NCBI RefSeq assembly: GCF_006345805.1
Contig: NC_043008.1
Coordinates: forward strand, 64,914,001 to 64,978,000
Origin: Octopus sinensis
Taxonomy: Eukaryota
DNA: 64,000 nt
Direction of reading: 5' to 3'
A program made the position numbers and the translations under genes. This document shows positions 52,117-64,000 of the stretch, one piece after another (positions within the stretch are counted from its first letter, which is position 1; each line of letters opens with the position of its first letter). The notes under the pieces are model-generated. The model made no database searches, was not told where the DNA came from, and saw nothing but the letters and a program-made list of their open reading frames with translations.

Positions 52117-52728
52117 ATATATATATATATATAATATATATATATATATACACATATGCCCGTGTGTATTTGAAGAAAGAGAGAGAGAGAATCAGAGATG
52201 CATATGCATGCACCCACACTCAAGTATACATGATTCTTCATAAATAAAACTGCGTTTAAACATTAATATAATATAAAATGATGTCTTTAGTATGGGACAG
52301 CTCGTAGAGAAAAGTAAATTAAAAAACCTCATTGTATCTAAAGATGCGTTCGCAGACTTATTGCAATAAATACTAAGCTGGCGACAAACACATTTTTTCC
52401 AATTAACATATGTTGTTAAAATGTCGATCAATAAAAGCCAAAATTCTCTGGGGCATCAATAAAAGTAAAGTTAATTATGTTAGAGATAAAGACCAGCGCG
52501 TTAGAAATCTTAATAGGCAGTTTTCACGCAAGTCAATGGATACAATTAGAAGCTTGGTAGAACCAACAATCGTACTTGTGGACTCTGTCTGTCTGTCTCT
52601 CTGTCTCTCTGTCTCTCTGTCTCTCTCTCTTTCTCTCTGCCACTCAGACATACACATATTTGTGTATAGGTAAACATGTGCATTTATATATGCATATTTA
52701 TATGCATACGTACAGGCGTATATGTATG

Positions 52729-52769
<41 letters not shown>

Positions 52770-53074
52770 ATATATACATACACATAAAGACATATATATA
52801 TATATATATATAGTTATAGATATATATATATACACATAAAGGCATATATATATATATATATATATATGTATATGTAAATATATATATGTGTATATATATA
52901 TATATGTACATACTAATATACATACCTAAATACTGTTAATACCTATTAGAAACTTCACAGTGATTTAATGATAATACCTCAAATGACATTGTGAGTTTCT
53001 GTATAGGTACTCACGCACATATGTGCAGGCACACACAGACACAGAGTTACATGTATACATAAATATATATATAT

Positions 53075-53201
<127 letters not shown>

Positions 53202-54164
53202 ATATATATAATATATATTATATATATATATATATACATATATGTACACACAAATATGTGCGTGTATAGACATTTATGTATGTGTATGTGTGTGTTTTAC
53301 GTCTGTTATAAAAATCATGGAGTTTTAATACTAAAGCTCAAACAGAATGAAAAGTATTCAGATGGTTTTTGTTTTTCTTTTTTTTTTCTTATTTCAATCG
53401 TCTTTATTTTACGACAATGACATTTAAACATAAAAATATCTCGTGATGCCGTTATATTATCCTTCATAAAGAAATGGGCTCAGCTTCTGTTGAAATGGTT
53501 GGGAGTCTAAATAATTGTCTTCAAGCTGTATATTTTAGATTTCCAGTCGTCAATTTAAATTTGGAGGTCAGTTTTGCCGTTCACCGATGCAAGCCCAAAG
53601 CCATACATATAAGTTCTATAGTATTAGGAATTCTCACTAAGACAAATATTATACTAGGAATGCTGTTATATTAATTAAATATATATATATATATTAGAGG
53701 TATAAAATCTAAAAATGAAAGTAATATTTGTTGGGGATTATTTCTATGTAACTGCCGAGCAGAAATAATAATATATTGTTATACTCTGAAATATGCACTA
53801 CACCTCATGTTGTGCTTCATGAGAGAACGCATTGGAATGTTTTCTCGACTACTGCTTCACTTGCAGTAAAATTAGTGATGAAACTACTAAAATTGTAGAC
53901 GACCCACTAATTAATTATACATTACTGCACGATTCTGCTTATTTCAACCAACCGTACTACCGCGCTGTAACTAATTACAGCCGCAGGAACTGGATTGTTG
54001 AACTATGTAGCAATTTAAATTTAGTGTTCTCTGGAGAAGGCACAGCGTAGTGCAGTTTAGCTTGTGAGACACGAACAAACACTGAATGTATTATCTGTCC
54101 ATTTCGTTAACGTCTACTTTCAAAAGCTAAAGTTATCCCAATATTTTAACCTTCATATATTATT

Positions 54165-54584
54165 TTATTCCTTTACTTGCTTCATTCATTTGACTTCGGC
54201 AATGCTGGAGCAACGCCTTAAAGTGTCGAAGAGCTTGACCCCAGGACTTTTCTTTGTAAGCTAAGTACATATTCAATCTGTCCCTTTTGTCGAAACGCTA
54301 AGTAACAGAGACATAAAAACACCATCATGGGTCGTCAAGAGATAGCAGTGGGAATAGCGACAAACACAGACACACGCATAGATACATAAAACATATATAT
54401 GTATATGGCATGTTTCTTTCAGCTTCCGTCTATCAAATCCACTCGTAAATCTTTGGTCTGCCCAAGGCTATAGTAGAAGACACTTGCCCAAGGTACCACG
54501 CATTGGGACTGAAGCCGGAACCATGTGTCGTGAGAACCAAACATGGTTCCCGGTTCTCAGCACACAGCCATGCCTGTGCCTATG
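54165..54584 (-). mobile_element. Near full-length SINE (55921 family) with a rearranged head
   Basis: Reverse-complement match to 55921-56343 along its length, with a local inversion at 54517-54560. Confidence 0.85.
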
Positions 54585-54697
54585 TATTTGTATTTATTGT
54601 AAAAAGTATGTGAGTGTGTCTGTATTTATACATACATAAATACATACATATATATATACATACATGCATATACATGCACACGCACACACACACACGA

Positions 54698-54738
<41 letters not shown>

Positions 54739-54868
54739 ATATATATATATATATATAGTATTCATACATAGATGTATATAGACATACATAAACATATATA
54801 TATATATATATAAGTATTCATACATAGATGTATATAAACATACATAAACATATATATATATTTATATA

Positions 54869-54938
<70 letters not shown>

Positions 54939-54963
54939 ATTATATATATATATGTAATATATA

Positions 54964-54994
<31 letters not shown>

Positions 54995-55619
54995 CAGACA
55001 TACATATACATAGAGAAAGAGATAAGCTCATTATTCGTATGAATATGTAATTTCGAAATGAAAGTAATTAGTACACAATTATGTAACTAAATTCATTCTT
55101 TGAATGGGTGTATTTCTTTTTTAACCTAACTGCGTATTTAATATTCACAGATTTTGTTCCCAATATCCTAAAGGAAACAGCAAATATAGTAAATAAAATA
55201 GGGAATTATCTTTCGAGCCTTTTTACTTTTTTTCTTTTCTATACTGACAAATGATTAATCGGTAAACGTAATAGTGAAATATTCATAATATTAATCGAAG
55301 TACGACTTCAATAAATCCTTATTATAATGCTTAAGCTGTTAATTAAGAGACATAGCTATATTAGATGGATGAAAACTGTATTAAATGTTAATGATAGCTT
55401 GTATTGAGGAATACTTAAAAGATCACACTTTAATAACCTGCCGTTGAATAAATCCCGGTATTAATTGTCACATAATAGAACTTGTGGGGAAATTGCATTT
55501 AATTTCGCATATCAGTTGGAATTTCATTTTTGTCGTTTCTTCTTTTGCAATTAAAGAAAGACAATTGATGGCTAGCAAAATCCTATTTATGTCATCGCAT
55601 TCTTCATGAATTGACTTAC

Positions 55620-55719
55620 ACACACGACTGCATCCTCTTTCATAAGGAATCCCTTTATCATATCCCGACAAATTTTCAGCTACTGACTCACTACTGAGCT
55701 GAGTATCTATCTGAGCCCA
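55620..55719 (-). CDS. Candidate exon (unverified)
   Basis: Acceptor ttaattgcaacag and consensus donor gtaagt. The 100-nt phase 0 to 1 frame reads WAQIDTQLSSESVAENLSGYDKGIPYERGCSRV. Confidence 0.28.
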
Positions 55720-55920
55720 CTGTTGCAATTAAACCTGTTACGGTTAGGCTGTAAATGATGGCTCTACCGTCGCCATAATAACAGTCTCTTAAAATTGTTC
55801 AACCGTTGTTGAATCCTTCTCATTAATGCACACGTATTGCAGAAATTCCTTCCACTTTTCGTTCATTTCATTCTCGTATATTTTAATTGTTGCAAACATT
55901 CCCTAATTTATAGTCTTGAA

Positions 55921-56096
55921 CATAGGCGCAGGAGTGGGTGTGTGGTAAGTAGCTTGCTTACCAACCACATGGTTCCGGGTTCAGTCCTACTGCGTGGCAT
56001 CTTGGGCAAGTGTCTTCTGCTATAGCCTCGGGTCGACCAAAGCCTTGTGAGTGGATTTGGTAGACGGAAACTGAAAGAAGCCTGTCGTATATATGC

Positions 56097-56132
<36 letters not shown>

Positions 56133-56343
56133 TTGTGTGTCTGTGTTTGTCACTCTAGCATTGCTTGGCAACCGATACTGGTGTGTTTACCTCCCGTAAC
56201 TTAGCGGTTCGGCAAAAAAGACCGATATAATAAGTACTGGGCTTACAAATAATAAGTCCCGGGGTTGATTTGCTCGACTAAAGGCGGAGCTCCAGCATGG
56301 CCGCAGTCAAATGACTGAAACAAGTAAAAGAGAGTAAAAGAGT
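55921..56343 (+). mobile_element. Full-length tRNA-derived SINE
   Basis: Head cataggcgcaggagtgggtgtgtggtaagtagcttgc..GGTTCAGTCC, core cttgggcaagtgtcttc..ggatttggtagacggaaactgaaagaagcc, an internal (TA)/(TG) tract, and the tail gactgaaacaagtaaaagagagtaaaagag. Confidence 0.9.
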
Positions 56344-56573
56344 AATACCATATTGTTATTCATAGACAATGTTTACCTGCAACGAAACTGAACATATATT
56401 TCGTTATTTTCTCTTGATGGCTAAAACTTATCCAAAATGTAAAGGTTAAATAACAGAATTTATCAACAGACTCTTTCATTCTAAATATAGAGTAAATAGA
56501 AACTTCTCGTCGCCTCTTTTCGCTTACGTATCCAAGTCTATGCTCTATTCCCTTATACATACATAAAACATAC

Positions 56574-56663
<90 letters not shown>

Positions 56664-58597
56664 GGATAGAACATAGACTTGAACGTGATCTTAAAAGCAA
56701 TCTATACAAGTAAATAATTAAATAACATATGGGGTTCATGTTATATATGGTATATTAGCAAATTGAGCAAAATTGTTATGTACAGGAAATGAACCTGTTA
56801 TGAAGAATTCAGCTCCTTATCATCTTTAACTTATAATATGTTCTATCGATCAATTTTTACGTAAAAGGGTTACAAATCTCAAACAACTAATGTTTGATTT
56901 TCTAGCACAGCATTAATATAAGAGAGCTGAAATTTGTAAAATCTAATAATAAAAATAACGATACCAAAAGGTGAAAGGGAGAGCGTCGTGGTAACTTGTC
57001 AAAAGTAAACACTGGCGTTGATGTACCATAGAAAATTGAATTAGACTACTCTGATCTGAACTAAGCACCTAAATATCTTACAAAATAGTTTTATAAATAT
57101 TGTCAACCGAAAAACTTCTTTTTGGCGAAATATCAATGAATATGAAATACGAATATAGTGTAAAATACAACCCTTTATATTTGAGAACTGAAACAACGTC
57201 ATAAGGTTTCTAAGGAACTGTCAGACACAACAAATTGACGAAACTCAATTAGACTATTACTTAGCTAGCTAATATTTACAATTGAAACAAATTATCTTAG
57301 TTGATGATAAAACAAATAGTGCAAATCAGTTATTATAAGATCGCAAAAGAATAACTTCGTATAAGACATTCGATAGAGATTTGGATAGTCTCCAACTTAC
57401 ATAAACTTATCCGGTAAGTAAAATAATTCTATTGATGAATCCAAAATAGATTTGCTACCGAAAATTACTTGTCTTACCTTTAAAAGAAACTGTTTCTAGT
57501 TTACTCATGGAAATTACAAGTTAATCAACATTTGATTTAATAACTTTTCCCACGTAACATTACAGCACTACATCTTTAGAATATCTCATTTTCCAATTTA
57601 TAATCTTGTCTGTTTTATTTTTTGTTCGTTTGTTGTGAGGGTGGGGGTATTGAACGACGGGGGAAGGTTACAAAAAATACGACTAGACGTTCCAATAAAG
57701 GTTAAATAATGTTTTTGGCGTGAGATGGTGGAGAAAATGAAAAAAACATTGAGATTACACGTCTCGTTCATTTGAAATGTTTTTTCTACAAATTGACATT
57801 ATTAATAAGAAAAGCGTTTTCTAACATTGACAGAAAACAAGGAATTTAGGAGGGGAAAATTTGAGGGAATTCTATACACTCGATTATATTCACTATTTCA
57901 ACTTCACTAGTACCTTATTTTGTATGTTTCGAAAGCATACAATGAAATTTATACCCAGGGTGGACTGAAACTAGAAATATCATTAGGAATGATTAAATAA
58001 CATACTGAATTTTAAGGACAAGATCTTGTGCAACAAATTAGACAATTACATCAACTCAGTATTCGAAACTGATTAATGTATGAAAGAAGCAACGAAATGA
58101 AAGCGGGAACGACAGAAAACTTGGACAATTTCTTGATGAAACAACACTACAGACAGCCAATGAAATGAAAATGAAGTCTATAGCACAAGAGGACACCCGG
58201 GTGGTAGACCAGGAATTGAACAGACAGAATACTAATCGGAAACTAGCACCTTAAGCACTAGGACCTGCGTCGCATACACTCATACACAAATGTGAATGTG
58301 TGTATGTGGGAATGCATATCAATACATGCAAATCCGAGATGGCTTACATACGAAAAAATTCGTTATCATATATAGTGCCAACTGAAATCAGCGTATTATA
58401 TTTTTTCACCTACATTCACATTTTTTACTATGTGTATAGTGTATGAGTTTATATATTAACTTATGTATCAGCAATTTATGTATCGCTTGTCTCCCGCATA
58501 TGTATTCCTAACGAGAATATTGTAGTCGATCTCTTTCTCTTTATCGACTATCTATTTATCAATCTACCTATTACTAGCTCTCTCTTTCTCACTTCTC

Positions 58598-58644
<47 letters not shown>

Positions 58645-58862
58645 TAACTTCTTCAATCTCTTGATCGCCCTCTTTCTCCCTCCATATCTTTCTAGCAATA
58701 TAGCATCTACGAGCACCCATCTGCATGCTCAATCAAATATATACATTTTTAAAATTATTTCTTCTATCCCTCCCTCTTTCTCTCTCTCTCCACACACACA
58801 CACATACATACACACTCACATCCATCCATCCACACACACATATATATATACTTATATATGTG

Positions 58863-58926
<64 letters not shown>

Positions 58927-58972
58927 CATATATATAAAAATACATATATATATATATTCATATATAAATACC

Positions 58973-59010
<38 letters not shown>

Positions 59011-59479
59011 GCAAGGCTCTCAATGAGATAGCACGATAGTGAATTTTTATCCTTTCTATTACTTTCTCCTCAATACTCGTTTAGTTTACATGCGATCGAT
59101 TTAATTATCTCCCTTGCCAATACTTTGCGTTGTTTTTGACTAAGAGGCATACAAATAGAGATTCTTAACCACAAACTGTGGGAAGAGATATAGAAAAAGA
59201 AATGAGATACAACAAATGTAAAAAAAGAAAACAAAATGAAATACAACTATAAATAGCATTTTGTGTTACGGTATTAAAAAGGTATCAGTGATTTACTGAC
59301 AATGAAATACTCAGAATTTCTAAAAACTTCTGCAAGAACCCAAGAACAAGTTTATCTCTCTCAAAAATCCATATTCCGTGCAATAAACAGAGCTTTTAAG
59401 TAGCATGCATGTTAGGAAATCTTTCCTCTCAGGCATAGAACGAATTTCAGTGAGCATATATTGATGAAATCATAGATCT

Positions 59480-59548
59480 GTGTATGCTTGTGAGTGTATA
59501 TGTGTGTGTGTATACATAAATAGATATATACATATATACATATATACC

Positions 59549-59583
<35 letters not shown>

Positions 59584-59598
59584 TTATATATTATATAC

Positions 59599-59629
<31 letters not shown>

Positions 59630-59689
59630 TATATATATGTATATATATGTATACACATATATATACATACATATATATATATATATATG

Positions 59690-59745
<56 letters not shown>

Positions 59746-60221
59746 ATACACATGCACACACATATATACATGTATGTATATGTATATGTGCATACTTGTG
59801 TGCGTACACACACATACAAAAAGATATATATATATATATATATATATAATATGCGTATGTATATATAGATAACTATAAATATATATGTATGTATGTGTCT
59901 GTATGTGACAGCGTGCCTGTACGTGCGTGTATCCGTGTTTATTCACGATAGTTAGGTCTAGTATGGTTATCATATACACAATGAGCGCATTGAGAAAATG
60001 AGATTTGATCTCCAGAGTATTTACGATAGTGATAGCAGGCTGTGATTGAATAACTTCCTTTTTGGAACCATTTAGAAAGTTTCAGTGGTGTAAAGATATA
60101 GGCATATAAGAGCAAACATATATCTGTATAAGCGTGTGCATTGCCACACACATCTATATAGGAATATACACACAACCCCATTTATATATATATGTATATA
60201 TATGTATATATACATGTATAT

Positions 60222-60307
<86 letters not shown>

Positions 60308-60427
60308 ATATATACATATATATATATATATATGTATAATATATATGTATATATATATATATATATATGTTATATATATATGTATATATATATATATTAT
60401 ATATATATATTATATATATATGTATAA

Positions 60428-60458
<31 letters not shown>

Positions 60459-60460
60459 CA
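59480..60460. repeat. Large (TA)n/(TATG)/(CA) microsatellite fields (similar fields at 2200-2400, 3890-4118, 7200-7380, 45590-45790, 52730-53240, 54720-55000 and 58600-59010)
   Basis: Direct reading. Confidence 0.95.
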
Positions 60461-60934
60461 CACACATGAAAAAATATATGTGTGGATATATTTATATACA
60501 TATAATTTATGTATAATGTATCTGTGTATAAATATATGTGAGTGTGTGTTATGTATATGTAAATGTGTTTTATTGCGTGTAGAATTATATGTGAGTGTAT
60601 GAGTGTGTATATCTAGGTGTTCTTTTATCCTCTACTCTGATATGTTCATTGTGCCGGTTTACATAGTTTCTGTCAGACATATTATATTTTTTCATACAGA
60701 GCTAGGAAGAAAAATGTACACCGATGAGCTAAAAGATACATATTTATTCACATGCATGCATATTTAAACTACATATTCATACCAAGTAGATTTCGTGGAG
60801 GCACAGTGCATTAAGGAATACCTCTGCATTCGAACACGGTTCATTATGAATGACGAACAGTCGTAGTTAACTTTAGCTTTGTCCCTTATTCCCAGCCTCT
60901 CTCTCCCTTCTTAGTTTCTCTCTCTCATTCAACA

Positions 60935-60966
<32 letters not shown>

Positions 60967-61200
60967 TCTCTCTCATTGTCTCTCATTCTCTTTCTCACCG
61001 TCTATCTCTCCGTCATTCGTGGCCTACGCTTTACAGAAACAGAAATATGGCCTGGATTTATGTTTGCTTTGCAAACATTTAAGCTTTCGTTTTCTATAAT
61101 ACTGGCGGATTAGTGGTTCTTCCATATATAGAACATATTAATAAAACATGATCTAGATAGAAATTTCAGAGCGTTAAATAGAAACTACAGTAATTCATAC

Positions 61201-61326
61201 GAAATATGTATTTTGCTGTATGCATCACTTTGTGATCTAAAAGGAAAGCTTGATTGTGGTAATGCAGTATTTCCTCGACGGAACCTTTATTCTTGTTTGT
61301 ATTTTCTATTGCGATAAAATGTGCAT
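61201..61326 (-). CDS. Candidate internal coding exon (unverified)
   Basis: Long pyrimidine acceptor ttttttctgttcctatactattctctatctag and donor gtatga. The 126-nt symmetric phase 1 exon reads AHFIAIENTNKNKGSVEEILHYHNQAFLLDHKVMHTAKYIF. Confidence 0.35.
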
Positions 61327-63606
61327 CTAGATAGAGAATAGTATAGGAACAGAAAAAATGTCTTAAATGAATAGGAAATATAGCCAATTGGAGAATGTGG
61401 TTATTACAGAGAATACAAACGTGATAATATTTTGGTTGCAGTAATCATAAAGGCCATATAAGCATTTCTACATTCGAAGATAAGAAAAAAATATCTAAAA
61501 TTAGAAATATATTTTACAGTTTAAGGATCAAAGTGAACGTCGAAATCTCACCCCTCTGTTTGCTTAAGTGTTGAGCTGGGCACACAATTACCGAAGAAGA
61601 GAAAAAATACCACGCAGAGTGAATAACTGAAGATTACACAAGAGAACTTTGTGTATAGATTAGTGACCTTTGAATATTATATCATTCATTACCATTAGAA
61701 TTAGAAGCAAGGTTGTGAACCCTATTATCGCTCCACAAAAATGCATGAAAAGGCCAGACACTTTAAACAGTTTCTGTCATTCTGTCTCCTTATTTTAATA
61801 TCGATATATTCTGTAGAAATGATTCTTAAAAAAACTACATTTTCATATTCGATTTCATGCAGAACAACTTATATTCATTCCTTCCATGGAATATGCAGTT
61901 ATGAATGTATTCATTTATTTATTTTTGTCCGGAACAAACAGCTTTCCTCTGTATCCTTAATGCATGCACATGCCGTTTCTTAAAACGCTAACTTGTGCTT
62001 CAGTTATTTTCAACAGCTCATACCCCATCACGAATGTTAACAAACCTCACAAAATTCGTTACTGCTGATAAGGAGATTCAGAATAGTCTTTGGCGGCTTT
62101 TCTTAACTTACCTTCAAAAAAAAGCATGAACACACTGACATTTAACGCAACGTAGCAAAATGAATCAAATGTTTCTAATATTCGTGAGCAGCAGAATTAG
62201 ATTAAATTCACATAACACTTACACAGAACCAAGCGTTCGCAAAACCTGTTTGCTACACCCACACAAAGTCAAAAATCTATGAAGCATTATCACAACTATA
62301 TTGATTTGTTAGACAGAGCGTCGAAATTTGTGAAGGAAAGAATCGGCGAGTAAATAGCTCACAGTGGCTGGCTTGTGTTTATTATTTAACGACCTATACA
62401 AAATGGCTAACAGTGACCTCTGAGATGTGATTCGAAATGAGAAGATATAACAAATACTCGCGATGAAATATCTGAGATTTCACACACCGATCTACCGACG
62501 TTATTACACCATAGGGTTAACTAATCAGATAGTTATTTCAGTTCTGCTTCGTTTTGGCTTCTCTGGCAAGAAAAGCTCAGCAATACACTATTCAGATATT
62601 AAAAGTAAGCGATAGCATACGTTCAAACGTGCATTCCTGAGCATTAAGTTTGGCAAATGGCACCCGAATACACATTTAGTTCCATTATCGAAGATCCTAA
62701 TGCAATTCTCTGGAAATGCTGTAAAGAATTGAAAATCGCATGAACCTGTACAAATGCAATGTTCCTTTGTTTTCTCGCAAGTCAACTCTGACCGAGCCAA
62801 CGTAATATAAGTTGCTGCGTTCGAATCATGACCATTCCAACAAGGACTCTTATCTTATACAGCCTTACATTAAAAAGCAGATGTTGGGTGCATTTCGAGG
62901 AACAAGTGACCGCTATTTGTAGCAGGTCGACTGATATTATTGGCCCAAAAGAAAAGTAAAGTACCTGCATGTAGCGTATAACAAAGATAAAAGGATTTTT
63001 AAAATGTATTTCCATTTGTCCCACGGAAGGCAGGACATAGATATTTTATATTGAGAATGTAATGTATCACACGATAAACCTAAAATTATTTTCAATTAAG
63101 TTGTTACATTGTTTTATGTAGAAACAAGAAGTTGTAACCACTTTGGCTTTATTGAAATTTACCTGTAGGTTTATTAATTTTCAATGAAGTTGAAGTTCAT
63201 GTCTGACTGACACATGTTTCGGCATGTAGCACTGTTTGCCCATCTGTTCTGTGTAAGTTGCTGCAGCAAATTAGAAACAATTGTAAACTAATATTTAGTA
63301 TTGTTGATAGAAGTTCCACACAGCCATACTTAATAAACTTAGAACTTGCTACAAGACAAAGACAAATATTCCAGCGTTTACAACATAAATTTAGTTGCTT
63401 CCTTTCGTATAGGTCTGACAATCTAATTAAACGAAACGCTAACGTAAGTATTAGAGTACTTTACTGCTGTTGCAGTTTCTTAAATATTCTTGTTACCACT
63501 CGTTTTTCAGTACTCTTTCACTGTCTATTTCTGTCTGTCTCTGTCTCTGTCTCTTTCTTTCCTTCTTTCTTTCTTTCTTTCTTTCTTTCTTTCATTCTTT
63601 CTTTCT

Positions 63607-63638
<32 letters not shown>

Positions 63639-63801
63639 GCATATACACAAGCAAGCACCCACGCACACACATATACACACACACACACTTATATATATAT
63701 ATTCTAAAGAATATATATATACATATTTTAAAGTTGTTATATTTCATAATTCTAATTTCTTTCCAACACGTGTTACATATATGCAAACGGTAACACACAC
63801 A

Positions 63802-63884
<83 letters not shown>

Positions 63885-64000
63885 ACATATATATATATAT
63901 ATATATAAGGACGTGCGATGTATGTCTATGTATGTATATATACGAAAATAAACTTGTATCTATGTTTCCCATACACAACCCACATCTATTAAGATTTTTT

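Noticed and set aside
56377-56479. Splice-bounded minus segment MKESVDKFCYLTFTF...
   Set aside because: Not phase-compatible with the neighbouring candidate exon, and EVVDKFCYL-like text suggests an RTE relic or chance.

Overview
A very AT-rich, microsatellite-dense eukaryotic window. The repeat families look like those of an octopus or related cephalopod (inferred from recognition, no search run). It is mostly intergenic or intronic DNA filled with decayed transposable elements: a D,D34D mariner, two maT/DD37D-like Tc1-mariner fragments, RTE, CR1/L2-like and R4/Dong-like LINE fragments, two Penelope-like (PLE) relics, a non-autonomous Helitron and many tRNA-derived SINEs. No intact gene is recognisable, only low-confidence candidate exons, mostly on the minus strand. 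Most ORFs in the supplied track are artefacts of (TA)n/(TG)n/(GAA)n tracts. The standout is 31271-36750: about 9.5 copies of a ~545-bp unit, each full copy carrying a type I hammerhead-ribozyme motif with a palindromic stem III, i.e. a retrozyme-like array. The units are arranged as direct tandem copies that fold back into an inverted arm about 18 nt from the predicted cleavage site, and this whole block is repeated with a ~2.88-kb period. Irregular (TA)n tracts and homopolymer indels suggest a noisy long-read consensus, so copy number and the higher-order duplication need read-level checks.
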